Source of the DNA: Chrysomallon squamiferum
Lineage: Eukaryota; Animalia; Mollusca
Reading direction: 5' to 3'
Assembly: GCA_012295275.1 (NCBI GenBank)
Contig: CM022670.1
Span: 16,616,001 to 16,680,000, forward strand
DNA length: 64,000 bases
The notes below the pieces were generated by a model. That model saw only the letters and a program-made list of their open reading frames with translations. It did not search any database and was not told the DNA's origin. Below are positions 13,691 through 29,040 of this stretch, one piece after another. A program made the position numbers and the translations under genes. Numbering within the stretch: the first letter of the stretch is position 1; every line of letters starts with the position of its first letter.

Positions 13691-16600
13691 TCTTTTGTCA
13701 ACTTTATGTACGTTTTTTTATTTATTTTTTTCTTCTTCTTCTCCTTTTTCTCAGAACGCGAGAACCTTCTTCATCTTCTTCGTGTATTTTTTTTTACGAT
13801 TCGTTTCGAAACGATTGATTACGCAACATTTACATAAGCTATTTGATCTCGTTTGAAAAACAAGATGTTGGTACAAACATGTGTCTAATTAAATCAGTAC
13901 AATTGACTAATGCCATCTGAATCCTGCTGCTTTCTCATCTGGCCGAGCTGCAAATCGATACGACATCGCGACGAGGCAGAGACCTCTCTCACTGCAACGT
14001 CATTTCTTGGGATTACTTAACACCTCCTCCGACAACGTGATACTGAATTCTTTTCCCATCGAATCGAGGGAATTATAATCCAGATCTAATTAGTTGTAAA
14101 TTTTCCTGCCTCGTGCTGCGTGTATCATTGCTATCAATCTAAATAAAACATGTTTAATTACAGAATCCAGTGTTATGTCGACCGCTGGCGATCATGCCGT
14201 CCAGTGGTCAACATATTTCATGGTCGTATTTTCGTAAAAAAAAAAATAATAATAATAATTAGTTGTGGAGGTTCATGGACGTATGTGGGTGTAAGTAATT
14301 ATATTATTAACAGGTGCGTGTTATTATTCTGACGAATAATCCAAGATTCTTTTCTTCCAACGTTTTTTAACTGCAAATTTTGTCTTGATAAATCATTTAT
14401 CTTTATTTTCCAAGTAGGGTTTTGGATCTGATATATCTCTGTTAATATCCAGTACAAACAAAGATAATCTGTCTCGTGTATATTTTAAGTCTGAAAGATA
14501 TAAATATAGAAAATTTAATTTCATTAGGAATTTGCTTGTTAAAAAAAGATTATCAGTAAAAGAACAGCGCTTAAACCAGTGGTTTAAATGCGTATGTTAA
14601 TGTTTTTCATGTCATAACGTACGCAAAGGAATTCGATTTGTTACTAAAACCCTCTACTCTGAAAATCAAGGACCTGCTGGTTTCTGAAAGAAACGATGAT
14701 ATTTTGATGAAACGTCCTTGCAGCTGACATTTTGAAGATTAAAAGTAAAACAAAACTCGATTAAATCGTGACCATTAAATCTTCGAAAATTATTAGATTC
14801 GGTTTATATGCTTGACACTTTAAAATCAGATTGAAAATGTAAATGTCAAAGGGCGAAGTAATCGGACTATACTCCTAGTGAAATGAATATAAGCGTGGGT
14901 GTTCAATTTAATCTATTTTTTTCTGCAATGTTCATATTATCTGATTAGAGATAGGATATAGATAACACGAGAGACCTTTACATAAGCAAGGCAAAGAAAT
15001 CTAGACATAATAATCATATTTATGTGGAAATCGATCAGTTCGTATACACTGAATCCTATTTCGGTAATGAAGAGTACTTATGATGGCCCGACAACATGTC
15101 ATAAACATACAATTCAAAGACGCTGTTTTATTGCATTAAGACAATATTTATTCTAATAATAAAGTAACAGTGATAATAAAAATGATTAACACAATTACAA
15201 TGAATGTCTTATTTCAAATCATCCAGCAAAATGAAAATTAAAACTTGACTGATTCAAATTTGGTTTCAATTCAAAATCACGTGATTTGCAAGGTCAAATT
15301 CAAGGAACAACAAGGGTCAAAAGATTACTAACCACTTCAGATTTGGATTCCTTGTAGACTTTCCTTTCCAGCAACGCCATCTTTATGAAGATAGGCTCAC
15401 TGGCTGCTGAGATGCTCGGGTCTAGGGGTTTGTGCCACGTCCCCATCAACCCAAAATTATTAAATTTCGAAAGACCATACGGGCTGAGAATCCTTTATCG
15501 GACATATCTGGAACTGGATATGAATTCCATTTATATTTCATATTCAGTTTACAGAAACAGTCTGCAGGATTTTTTATATAACATTTTTTTACTAATTCAG
15601 TACATAAAATAAAATTTGGGTATGCAAAACATTCCGAAAAATGATAAGCTATAACTATTTATGCTGCTCGGAAAAGTTTCGGATTTCTGTATTTCCAAAT
15701 CTGGTATTAAAACGTTTGGGTCGATCAGAACAAGCATGAACAGCAGAACTGGATGGGTTACACTCCAACTGGGTGAAATGACAAGGAATGACCCATCGTC
15801 TCTTTGCTGCATCAGTTATATCCTGTGTAAATTGTACATTATCGTAAGTCAGTTAAATATTTTACAACAGTTATTTCTACGCGGTTATGCGACAAGGATG
15901 ATAACAATGGGACTAAAATGAAAAAACCTTTCCCTGTTTTATTAGTAAAATAACAATCAGAATCAAAATAAGCAGTAAAGTAACAAAATACAAAATACAT
16001 TTTTTCCTTTTGTGCACGCGCCCCCAAATATACGTGAGAACAACTTTTTTTTTATATTACTGTATATTAATAACAGATTTTCTCTCTTTTATTGTCTTTG
16101 TTGACATTTTCTTGCAGCAACAGATAGGTATGCTAAATCCGGTACTGAATCCTGTTTAGTAAAATACTACAAGAATCTACAGCGTGTATTTGAAGTCTGA
16201 AAAATTAATGAAGTGGCGTTAATTTGCACAACGCGCTTTGTGTTCGAAGGTCAAAGGAATTTCACAAATCCATACTGTCAGTCCCTTTGCGCGGTCTGGT
16301 ATCAGCTGATAACAATGTCTCTTTGGTGTTCAGATGTCGCATGGCGATGTTAAGATACTGTTCTGATACAATTCAGATGTCTCGAGATTTTACGTTTTCA
16401 AAAGACGCCCCGGGGAATGTGTGGGTGTAGTGCAAAGATGTCTAAAACAAATGCATCAAAAGTCTGCTGACTTTGAGAAAAACGTTACAAAGAAACTGAT
16501 TTTATTTTTTTATTTTAATTTTAAATAATTTTTTTTTTTATTCCTTCAGTAATACCGCTGTATATGTTCCCAACAAATAGAAACCATTAAAGGATTGGAA

Positions 16601-18008
16601 TTATTCAGTACATGCGTTCAAAGCTTGGATTAACCTTTAAAAAACTCTCTCTCTTTTTTAATTTATTAGTAGTCCATTACGAAGTGTCAAATATGGTAAC
16701 ATTCAGCTGCTTCACAGTAATTACAAATAAAATATACATGTATCTATGCACGTATGCATCGTATATGTATGTATGCATCTATACATTCATGTATTTGTAT
16801 ATGATTATTGTATGCAAGAATGTATTTACACATGCATGTATGTGGCTATCAGTTTATTTTGTCTTTGTATCTGTGTAAGGATATATGTGCGTGCATGCGA
16901 AGTATGTGTCTGTATGTACGTATGTCTGTATTGTGTGTTTTTATGTGTGCATATCTATGTGTGGGTGTGTATATATGCGTAACGTGTGTGTGGGCATGTG
17001 TACATATCTATAGCTGTTGAAATCGTTACTACATATCTTACATTCGTTTAGTAATTAATCATACGAATAATACAAAAATATAAAAAGTTTCTGTCATACA
17101 AAATATCAGTCAAAAGTTAATAACGTGTAAATATATAATACAGCCATTTATATCTGGAAAGCTAATATTTATTTCTTAATGCAAAAATGTTCTCTACATT
17201 TCTATTATGACATATATTTCCATCGTGTTTAATATCTCAGTTAATGAGCCTATATTGCGTTTTCAACGAGCCGTGTGACTATTACATCGTCAAATGATGC
17301 ATTTTTAATTACACATAATGATTATTAAAAAAAAAATCTCTATATCTACTTTACGCCTTTTTTTTCATCAACATAAAAACTAGTTTCTCTTTAAACATTT
17401 TTTTTTTCTTTTTTTCAATTATTTTTCTGTTTTCATGTTTATATCGGTTTGAAAGAAGGTTGTTATTTATTAAAATACTGTTGTTGTTGTGTTTAATTAT
17501 TAAAAAGCACTGCGACAAAGAAATTTCCTGTAAGATATATACTTTTCCTTAAAAAGACGCTGTGTTTTTTTCTGAATCATTGTCGTAACGTCTTCAGAGG
17601 AGAGGTCGCGGTTGATGTGCACGCAGACTTCTGTTTGCTTCACGCGCTGTGACGTGCTCTGCGGCACGGAATCTCACTTAATTAGGAAAACGGAAGAGTG
17701 CGCGAATAAAAATACACGGATTATTCCTAGCCTGGTGGGTGGAAATGTGGCTGCAGCTATTTTAAATGTTGTATTGTGTTTCCTCAGCGTTAATTAAAAA
17801 AAAAAAACAGTAACTAAACAACACTAGAAATAAAACAGAACATACCACTCAGACAAACAAACAACAGCACAAACAACAACCACCACCACCACCACCACCA
17901 CCAAAAGAACAACAACAACAACAACAACAACAACATAATAATAATAATAATAATGATTTTAATGATAATTACAATGAAATGATAAAATTATTATTGTTGT
18001 TATTATTA

Positions 18009-18261
18009 CAGTCTGACGATCCTTTATCCTAAATTCCGAAATCAGAAAAGCTCCGAAATCCGAAATTATTTCGAGCAGCGGAGATTGTGTTATATATACT
18101 AATCTACAGTTTTCTGATAGATGTAGCATAGACAAACCATATCTCAGGCAAAATTTATTTAAAACTATTATATAAAATACGTTCGAGTTTCGTGTTTAGA
18201 CTTTGATCATATTTCGCTGTTTTTAGGTCCCAAGCATTTCGGATAAGAGAATCTCATCTCG
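18009..18261. mobile_element. Second, more diverged copy of the Tigger4/MER46-like MITE, 253 bp
   Basis: TA-CAGTCTGACGATCCTTTATCC ... GGTCCCAAGCATTTCGGATAAGAGAATCTCATCTCG-TA; shares both ends with 60590-60855. Confidence 0.78.
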
Positions 18262-19242
18262 TATTATTATTATTAATGCTGTTGTTGCTATTACTATTGT
18301 TGTTATTATTGCTACTACTATTAATACCAGTATTAATACTGCTTTTGTTCTTGTATTAGAAAACATGGTAATGCATTAATTTTTCAATCAAAGGCTTTAG
18401 TAGAATTTTCTGACATGGTCTTATTCTTCTGCTGATTTCAAAATAACAGTCAATGTCTTCAAATTTATTATCAGTTGTGGACTTGGGTTATCCAAAACAG
18501 TAATATATGTTGATAGAACTTGTTGGTGTACCAAGAAAGAAAGAAGTTTTTTTTTATTGTGCGGCCGTTGCATTTGAAATGAACTAGTAGATATATTATT
18601 CATTACCTTAGATACAAACTGTAAAGCTGTGGATGGAAATAACTGTCATAAAAAAGGACTATCTATGACGTATCAGACTTGAGATTTGACCTTTGAGAAT
18701 TCCTCAGCTGTTGTATATTTTGATTAAAGTCAAATAAAATCAATAACAATCCAAAATTTGTATGATTCGTCTCAAATCGTTAATTACGCAGCATTTATTT
18801 AACCTGTGTTATAACAACAAAAAAAAAAAAAAATTCATCTGAATAAAAAAAAAAAAAAAAAAATTCATCTGAATAAAAAAAAAAAAAAAAAAAGAAAGAA
18901 AAAGAATCGTGTTTAATTAATGGTATTTATAAAAAGCTCATTGAAATAGGTAAATAAGAAACTGAACATCGTCAATAATTAAAAAGCAAAGATCTCTGTT
19001 ACATCACTATTCGATTGCGTAGCCATGACAACCTTGGTAAACTGTGTAATAATCATTGTGACTGAGAAATAGTAACCTGGAGGAAGTAATCAATTATTCG
19101 GCTTTAAAAACCAACAACCCGTTTCGTTCACGCCTGCCCACTTGTTTTATAGCGTACATACAGCAACCTCCGTCCATTGTTTCCTAAGTTAAACACCATA
19201 TGCTGAAGAAAAGCGCCAATTTCTGAATAATTCGATGTTATG

Positions 19243-19693
19243 AAGACACTCTTAAAATGCAGTAAGTCCAGATATGATTTAATACAATTAAGACACTCTT
19301 AAAATGCAGTAGGTCCACGTATATTATATGATTCAATATAATTAAGATACTTAAAATGCAGTAGGTCCACGTATATTATATGATTAAATATAATTAAGAT
19401 TTTAAAATGCAGTAGATCAACGTATATTATATGATTCAATATAATTAAGACAATTAAAATGCAGTAGATCCACCTATATTATATGATTCAATATAATTAA
19501 GACAATTAAAATGCAGTAGATCGACAAATGATTCAGTATAATTAAGACACTCTTAAAATGCAATAGATACCATCTATATTATAAAAAATTTGATATAATG
19601 AAAACGGTCTTGCTTAAGATGAAACGGATCTACATATATTATACGACTGGACATAATTAAGACACTCTTAAGATGCATTACGTCCACATATAT
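19243..19693. repeat. 47-52-bp minisatellite, ~9 copies
   Basis: TTAAAATGCAGTAG...TATATTATATGATTCAATATAATTAAGAC recurring at 19252, 19299, 19351, 19402, 19454, 19506, 19553. Confidence 0.9.
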
Positions 19694-20410
19694 TACTTTA
19701 TTGGGATATCGATCGGGCCGTTTTGCCATTCACATATTGGCAAAACTTGTAAAGGAAATGCTAGTGTCAGTACGCCTCCTCTTATTGGTCGCCCGAATTG
19801 AGGCGAAGCAGCGGCTTGTAAAGGTATCATATATGGGAAATCATTAACGTCGAGCTTCATAGTAATGGAATCGTCTGTTAAGGAGAACAGCAAAACTGTG
19901 CCACGTTTTTTAACCTCGTATTAAACCGTCGACTGGTACACTTCGATTCACAGTCGATGACTGATAGTGTGTCATCACACATACTTGGTATTTGATAAAA
20001 AAAAAAAAATTTTGTTTGTTTGGTTTGTTCAAGGAGTCATATTCAAATCCTAAAACTAGATCAGTTTAGGAAGCAGCGTAACAGCTCGACAGGAATTGTT
20101 CTTCCATTCGTTCAAAATTTGTCTTTTGTGAGAGAAAAACACGAAAAGAATCTTTGCATTGAGTGTTTGTCCTAATTCAGTTCTTCATCTGCGTGGTAGA
20201 CTACGTAGACAAGGTAGACTCTGTCTAGATGCTTAAAGCTGTGGTTGCGGACGTAAAGAATCACGCAATGAAAATGGCCAAGAAGAACCAGTCGCAATTG
20301 TCGAAGGATATTCAAGTATGTATTTAGATATTCAAGCTTGGTGTCCAGTTGCTTTCGTAGTTTTTTTTATTTATAGCTTAAGTTGCGATATTCCGCAATA
20401 TGTCATTGCC

Positions 20411-20412
<2 letters not shown>

Positions 20413-20486
<74 letters not shown>

Positions 20487-20550
20487 TTGTTTGATATAAT
20501 TATAAATAAATATCATTTATTCATTTTTTATCTTGCATTTACAGCGAATT

Positions 20551-20597
<47 letters not shown>
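20413..20597. repeat. Related (GA)n-core-(TC)n foldback copy
   Basis: (GA)n, core ttgtttgatataattataaataaatatcatttattcatt nearly identical to the core at ~7510-7548, then (TC)n. Confidence 0.65.
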
Positions 20598-20600
<3 letters not shown>

Positions 20601-21070
20601 CGCATTATTATTAGACACTCTTACAAAAAGCTGTAATTATAAAAATATTACTGTAGTGAAAAGGGAATCTTTAACTATTTATTCAATTATATCAATTTTG
20701 AAGCGTATATTTCTATGGTTAATCACCAATTACATCGATCTTTTTATAAATAGATATTCTTCGCAAACAGATCTTTAGAAATATTGACTCGATTTCTAAA
20801 AAAAGCCATCTTAATTTTTCTGTGATTGATCGTGTCTATCATACTGAAAAGCTGCAACTTTTTCAACAGAATTATTCAGCAGTTTTTTTTTTTTTTTATA
20901 ATTCAATAACAAAATTTCTAAGCTAAACAAAATTGTTGACAATAATGAATAGATAAATATATGAAAGTGTATATGTGTAGGCGTGTGCGTGTGCATGTGT
21001 GTTTGAACGTGAGAAAAATGCACATCAGTGTGTTATCATGTGTGTGCATATAATGTATAATGTACCATCA

Positions 21071-21121
<51 letters not shown>

Positions 21122-21632
21122 TAGTTACGTGCGAGAGATAACGCATGTTTCTTCAGACAAATGTATATTTAAACAACTGATATGTTATTTTGATGAATGA
21201 CAGTTTTTAATTAAGATTTTATTTTGGGCAAATGTTCTAAATTTATCCAAGAACCCGCATCTCATGTGATGCTCTCACGTTGTGTCAATATCGCGTGCAC
21301 AAATAGATCCGCATTTGCGTCAGTACTAAACGCATTGTGACCTGCCCACACTCCCTACTTTGACTGAGAAGGAGTAATTTTGGCATGGACCGGAAAAAGT
21401 TAATCGATAATACTATCTTTACGACTTCTACATGACAAACATTTTGCGGGCAAAACATCGCGACATTGCGGAGTAAGTGGCATGATGATGACGTTGTGTT
21501 ATCTGACTTGCCCATCCCTTGGTCATCGGTCATTTTTCTGTCCAAAGCGAGCGTAAATCGCCTATTGCGTAATGTAACAGTCACAGCCAGTTTTGTTTAA
21601 CAGTATTTTAATAATCGATGTTATTTGTGTTT

Positions 21633-21663
<31 letters not shown>

Positions 21664-24201
21664 TAATTTATAATGTGTATCTGTTTGTTTATTTATTTAT
21701 TTATTTGTATGTATGTATATCTGTTTATTTATTTATTTATTTTTTGTTTATTTAATTTTTATTGATTTATTCCTTTTTTTATTATTATTTATTTATTTAT
21801 TTATTTTTATGTATGCCTGCTGGGTTTTTTTTATTTTTATTTGTGTATTTGTTTAAGTGGGTTTTGTTTTATGGTTTATTTATTTATTTATTTACACAAC
21901 CACATATAATTCATTTTGGATCTGTGGTCGATTTGTTTTCGTGGATGAAAAAAATCGATGCAGAGCCCAGTGCTAACAGAGGAACTGAGATGTTGGCTGT
22001 GGTCGATTCTCTCTTCTCAGACTGGGCACAGTTTAATGAATGAGTGCAATCGACCGATGACGTAGGCAGGCAGCCCCGGTGCCGTGTGGATCGATACCAC
22101 GATTACTACCGCATCCACTAGAATCCAGGGCCATTATGGAATGGGAAGAACAAAAAATCTATAACACCAACATATATTTTTAGACATTCTTCTCCAAGCA
22201 ATGTAATGGCGAATTCGAAAAAAAATGTTGTTTTTTTTTTTTTTTTTTTTTTTTTTAAATACACTGGAATAAATTAGAAAAACAATATCAAATGTCGACT
22301 AGTTTTCAACCTGATCATATCTAAGAAATCGTTTCTTTCATTCTTTAATTAATTAATTAATAAAAACTTATTTTATAACTTCATTTAGATGTAAGAATAT
22401 AGATTAATAATATTTGTTATTCAGACGCTGTAGACGCTGATTACAAAATAAATGTAAAATACGAGTCTTTTAATGATGTCGTTAGAATAATATTGCAAAA
22501 TGCTAAATAAAAACAAATATCTGACTAGACATTTCAGTAGAATGACGTGTGCGTATTTAATAAAATACCGTGAACCCTTTTTTTCTGTTCGATAAAGTCA
22601 AATAATCATAAATATAAAATGATATTTCAGACGGTATAAAAATCCATAAATATAATCTCCTTTTATTATTCTTATTACGATTTTGTAAATACACAACTGT
22701 GTCTGTAAATTTAATTTATAATTTTTAATTAGAATACACCAATAAACAGAATTAAATTCTATTCCATAACGATTTTTTTTTTTTTTTTTTTTAAATATAC
22801 CTCGTCAATAAATTTAATTTACAATTTGTAATAAGCACATATCGACAAACATAATTTTTACTTTATTCTTCATCGATTTTTTTTAAATTTATCGCGGCTG
22901 TAAATTTATTTTTATAATTTCGCTTTGTATTATTTACGACTGCACGATGGTTATAAACATTTTTCTGCAGTTGTTCAGTACGTGTACCCAGTAAAAAAAC
23001 ACGCAAACGTGGATCAATATGGTGGCAGTCCTCTCCGATTGAAAGTGAGTGCTTCTCGCCAGCTCAGTGAATGAATCTGAAATAAAACCTCTTGCGTCAG
23101 TGGAGAGATGACCCCTCGTGTTTTATCTGCCAGACGAAGGAGATCAGTAAACCAGTACACGTGTACTTTGTGAGTCATCCTGAGACGGCGATCTCAGCAA
23201 AGAATATAAATTAGAAAGCTCTCAGTCCTGGTGTATTTCATCCCACTAGTCAAATAAATTTAGTTTAGTAAAATGTCCTCCAAGTTTTATGGTATTAATG
23301 TATGTGTAAGACGACGACGATGATGATGATGATAATAATAATAATAATAATAATAATAATCTTAAATTCATCATCGTCATCGTCATCAGCATCATTACAT
23401 AATAATAATAATAGATAATTAAATGTATAAATAAAATAAGTAAGTTGTAAGTTGGAATCAAGGAATTGATCATTATTCATTTTTATTCATGTTTCAAACA
23501 GTCGGGCGATGAGAATGGTTCTTTAGTTCATACAGAATGTAGTGCAGCTTTGAAATTCATAATTACAATAAAAAAATATTTCATTTTCATGAAAATAACT
23601 AAGTTTTAATAAGACAAAGAAACTAACAAAAGAATATAAAAAACATTATCCATCTCACAAAAAAAAAAAAAAATAATAATAATAATAAGAATAATAAAAA
23701 TAAAAAGAGAGAACAAATAAAATAAAAAATATAAATAAATAAACAACTGATAAGTAAATCAAATAAAATAAACCAAAAAAAAAAAAAAAAAAAAAATAAT
23801 AATAATAATAAAAATAATAATAGAAAATAATCCAGTCTATGTTGACTGTAATCATTTATTTATATAGTATTTTGTAAAAAAAAAAAAATAATAATAATAA
23901 ATAAAAAATAAAAATGGAACAGAGATAACAAATAATAAAAAGTAATAACGAAATAAAAGCTGAAAATGTAGAGTTTATTAGATTTACTAACAATGGCGGT
24001 GTAATTACAGCGAAACAAATCGATTCCAGTGATCGTATGTAGCAATGTCCGCTTCACTTTTCTACCCATCAGTCAAAACAGTGAATTTAATTTTAGAAAT
24101 GAGTCAACCGTATTCAGTCAACTTGTCACCGTTAAATTTGTATTGGAACATCATCACCGTTCATTTGTTTAGTTTACTTCAGCTCAAAAACAAGTTCTTT
24201 A

Positions 24202-24296
<95 letters not shown>

Positions 24297-24427
24297 ATAA
24301 TAATAATTATAATAATAATATGGGAATTTGTAGAAGAAAATAAAAGAATGAAGGAAAAAAATAAAACAGTATTTTTATGTAACAGCGTAATTAATTATTG
24401 TCAAAAATTATTAGGGCTCTTCTGTGC

Positions 24428-24465
<38 letters not shown>

Positions 24466-25217
24466 CCATACCACACGATACCATATCATACCAGCCTACC
24501 TGCATTCATACATATTCAGACCCACATATATACAAGTGTATACATACACACATAAGTACACACTAACTCGCACACATGCATAAACAGATAGATACATATT
24601 TTGAATTAAGATATTACATTAAAAAGAAAATGGAACGTGTCTGGTGTTATGGCTGCTGAAAATGAGCAAACATGATCCGGGCATTACTCGTACACAGACC
24701 AATCAATAGTCACCAACTCGTAACAGAGAACTGGAACTGCCAGCATTTTCTGAACACGTCGTCGTCGTCGTCGTCACAAAGTCCTTTGTTCACCATATTA
24801 CACTAGCTGCTGCTGCTGCTGCTGCTGCTGTTATTACTACTACCACGACTTCTACTACTACTTGTACTACTAACATTACTACTGCTACTAATGTTAGTAC
24901 AACAACTACTTCTATTATTATTATTATTTCTGTTATTGCTGCTACTGCTACAGCTATTATTACTACTACTATTATTGCTACTAGCTATTACAACAACTAC
25001 TACTATTATTACTACTGCTACTACTACTTCTACTACTACTACTACTACTACTACAACTAATAATAATAGTACCATTTCTGTTACTATTACTGCTACTATC
25101 ACTATTACTATGGCAATGATTATGATGATTATAACAATTATAATGACAATGATGATAACGATTATCATTACTGTAATGCAAACAAGCTGCCTTGAAACAA
25201 CCGGAAGTTGTTTAAAA

Positions 25218-25335
25218 TAGCATCTGAATTAATCGAGTTTTAGCATCTGAATTAATCGAGTTTTAGCATATCGTATCAATGAAGTGACGTCTAATCGAGT
25301 TTTAGCATATCCTATCAATGAACTGACGTCATCGC
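25218..25335. repeat. Nested 23-bp and 39-bp tandem duplications containing CRE-like motifs
   Basis: TAGCATCTGAATTAATCGAGTTT x2, then a 39-bp unit x2 with TGACGTCT (25285) and TGACGTCA (25324). Confidence 0.8.
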
Positions 25336-26094
25336 GTCTCTGCTCGGGTTTGTCTAAAAACAAGTTTTCCGTTAACTGTGCTTGGTATCTGTGTTTACGC
25401 CCACGCATCTTTGTGCCTTTATCTCGCCCTTCGTCGATGGCGTCTGTAGACACATGCTTACAGGATTCTGCTTTTATTCATAGTACGAATATATTATTTT
25501 GAAATAGATTTTTCAAAAGAGCATATTTTCTTTCTTAATACACATATACGTCCACACACACACACACACACATACATATATATAGATGGAACACTTAAAA
25601 ATATTATAATATATGATAACATTTTAATGTATTTGTTTTCGTGTTGTGTTTGGATTAGTCTGCACAACATTGTAAAGATACACCTTTAAGAATTTGGCGA
25701 CATTATACAAATAAAATAGGTAAAGTTTAACGACACATCATCTCTTTTTAATAATAATGATTCAAATTTCCTTTCTTACTGTTCTGAAAAACCAGTGGAT
25801 CATTTAGGAATGTTTTGCCTTTGACCATTATTGTCTTTGACCAATATCATTCCACTCAACAACATGGTATCTATCGCTGCATATAGTAACTGTTGTAATT
25901 GGAATAAGGCCAGTAATAGAATTCATAATTATTAGTGATTAGCTTTATAAACAGAAAAACAAAATAACAGAAATGAGAGTAATTATCACAGAAAGTAATT
26001 ACGATATTAGTCATATGAAGTAAATATTAATAAAGTTTAGTTATCGGTAAAACCGATGCAATATTAGTCGGTAAAGTTAATAACAGAAAAAGAT

Positions 26095-27170
26095 GTTAGT
26101 AATAGTAATAGCAGTAATAGTAGTGGTAGTAGTTGTCGTCTTCGTAATAGTAGTAGAAGAAGAAGTAGTAGTAATGACAGTAGCATTAGTAGTGGCTGTA
26201 GCAATAGTAGGAGCAGTAGTAGTAGAAGAAGTAGAAGTAGTAGTAGTAGTAGTAGCAGTAGTTGTATAAGCATTAGTAGTACCAGTGGAAACAGCAGCAG
26301 TAGTTATAACAAAAATAGTAGTAGTGTCAAGTAGTAGTGTCAGTAGTTGTAACAAAAATAGTAGTAAGTAGTTGTAGTAGTAGTGTCAGTATTTGTAACA
26401 GTCAGTAGTAAATAGTCAGCAAAATCAGCAGCAGTAGTTACAATAAAAATAATAGTAGTAGCGTCAGTAGTTGTAATAAAAAATAGTAGTGTCAGTAGTT
26501 GTAATAAAAATAGTAGTAGTGTCAGTAGTTGTAATAAAAATAATAGTAGCGTCAGTAGTTGTAATAAAAATAATAGTAGTGTCAGTAGTTGTAATAAAAA
26601 TAGTAGTAGTGTCAGCAGTTAGTACCAGAGTTGAGTAGTAGCAGCAGTAATAAAAATAATGTCAGTAGAAGTAGTGTCAGTAGTCAGTAGTAGTAGTAGT
26701 AATAAAAATGTAACAGTTGTAATAAAAATTAGTAGTGTCAGTAGTTGTAATAAAAATAATAGTAGTCAGTAGTTGATACAAGTAGTTGTAATAAAAAATA
26801 ATAGTGGTGGTAGTATCAGTTGTTCAGTAGTTGTAATAAAAATAATAGTAATAATAAAAATAGTAGTAGTGTCAGTAGTTGTAACAGTAGTTGTAATAAA
26901 AAATAATAGTAAAATAGTCAGTAGTTGTAGTAGTGTCAGTAGTTGTAGTAGTGTCAGTAGTTGTAATAAAAATAATAGTAGTGTCAGTAGTTGTAATAAA
27001 AATAATAGTAGCGTCAGTAGTTGTAATAAAAATAATAGTATCAGTAGTTGTAACAAAAATAGTAGTGTAGCAGTAGTAGAAGTAGTAATAGCAATAGCAG
27101 TAGCAGTAGACGTGTTAGTAGTAGAAGTTGTTGTTGTTGTTTTTGCTGTTGTTGTTGTTGTAACACTAGT
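26095..27170. repeat. (AGT)n-derived low-complexity array with a 30-bp minisatellite core
   Basis: GTCAGTAGTTGTAATAAAAATAGTAGTAGT units at 26491, 26521, 26551, 26581 and onward. Confidence 0.9.
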
Positions 27171-27748
27171 AATGCAGGAACGTCATATTCAGAACTCTGA
27201 AAGAGACATTTGAATAGCCTTCATTGAGATTAACTTGGAAGTTTATCAAGCTAAATTAATCTAGTGTGCGGGCGGGTAACATTAACAAGAACAAATTGCG
27301 GAAACAAGCTGAAAATAGCACACAAGAAAAAACATCTCTTCAGTTCCGAATACGGACACAGGAATAATACAATAAGGAAGAGGAGACCTTTGTGTTGTTA
27401 AAAAAAAAAAAAAAGTCACATAAATCCATAACCGTGGGTCTAATTTGGAACTATTTACAAGTATTTCTGCTGAACATCAAACACATTTACCAGCGTATTA
27501 GCAAAACAGCTAATTGCAGTTCCGCGCTCTGGTATTATTAGTAACGCGTTGTCGTGTAGTAAGCAGTGGCTATTGATCAGTGATGAAAGTGACGAGTTTA
27601 ATAAACATCGTATTAAAAGACTGTAATTGCAGTCTGAATGCAGATTCGTAAACACGGTTGTAAATAATTTCGTAAACAGCGTGTTATTAAAATTATGAGT
27701 TTATTTACTTATTAAATGTGGAAAACGGAAATTTGTGTTTATTTACAT

Positions 27749-27843
27749 GGGCGTGGAGTGTATATAAGAAGTATTTATCGCGCGGTTGTGCTGTGATTTT
27801 GTAAACATCTCTCCAGTAGTCAAGTCTCTAGGCACTGGTAAGT
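27749..27843 (+). promoter_or_regulatory. Candidate DIRAS proximal promoter and non-coding first exon
   Basis: GGGCGTGG GC-box-like motif, TATATAAG at 27761, CpG-containing leader, consensus donor CTG|GTAAGT at 27838 that could splice to the acceptor ending at 30074. Confidence 0.45.
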
Positions 27844-28359
27844 GTTTTATTTAAAAATTAACTGTTTTAAAATTAGGTAAATATTAATTATTTTTTCAAG
27901 TTATATAAATATTGACTATTTTTATGTCATTTCAGTATTAATTATTTTCAAGGTATTCACTTTTATACAGCATTAACTTTTTACTTAGGGATGTAATTAC
28001 AATGTACCATACGGAGATTACGGATATTATTATTATTATTATTATTATTACAAACCAGGGATAGCATGAACACTACTACCATTACTACTATAATTACTAA
28101 TATTATTACTACTAAAACTACTACTACTGCTATTTCTGTTGTCACTCCTACTGTTGCTACAGTTACTATTACAACCACTAGTACTACCATTACAACAACG
28201 ACAACAATTACTACCACTAACTACTGTCACTGTTATTACTGCTACTACTATTTAATACTAATATTACAGATGTTACTATTGCTACTACCTACACAACTAA
28301 TATTTCAATATTCTTGCTACCATATAATTATACAGCTACTACTAATACTACTGATTCTG

Positions 28360-28398
<39 letters not shown>

Positions 28399-28812
28399 AT
28401 ACTACTGTTAAACTATTACTACTGTTACTACAACTACAACTACAATTAAACCATTACTAATGCTACTGTTACTACTGCTACTAATAATAACAATACGGGA
28501 AAATACGTGCAAAAACGTTCAGATAAAACTATTAAAATTCCCTGACCATTCATACTTATTTAACAGTAAACAACCTGATCGGATCGTAAATGCACATGCT
28601 GTCCTCTTTTCTTTGGCAACATCTCGTAAAATCACACTTCTGTTGTTGTGAGAAAAATGAGACAGGTGTACGATTCTGTGACAAAACTTCTGAAGAAGAA
28701 ATATTTTACAAATGAGATATAAAGACTTCTTACTAGTTCCCCAAACCAACAGAATTAGTTTTAAGTATCAGAAGAACTTTTCTCTTTTTGCAATAAAAGC
28801 ATAATAATAAAA

Positions 28813-28868
<56 letters not shown>

Positions 28869-29000
28869 TATTCGGGTGAAACGTTTGGTTTTTTTGGGGG
28901 GGGGTTATGTCTATATATATGTGTGTGTGTATGTGACTGTGCGTGTCTTTATGTGCATTACTTTATGTGTGTGTATGTGTATATATATATATATATGTGG

Positions 29001-29040
<40 letters not shown>

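Noticed and set aside
13801-13814. Short perfect palindromes (TCGTTTCGAAACGA here; also near 4183 and 5203) and a small hairpin near 14568
   Set aside because: Lengths are close to chance expectation in 64 kb, with no associated element structure.
18817-18900. Duplicated poly-A/TTCATCTGAAT segment as a retroelement tail
   Set aside because: No SINE/LINE body or TSD visible; likely local slippage or an assembly artefact.
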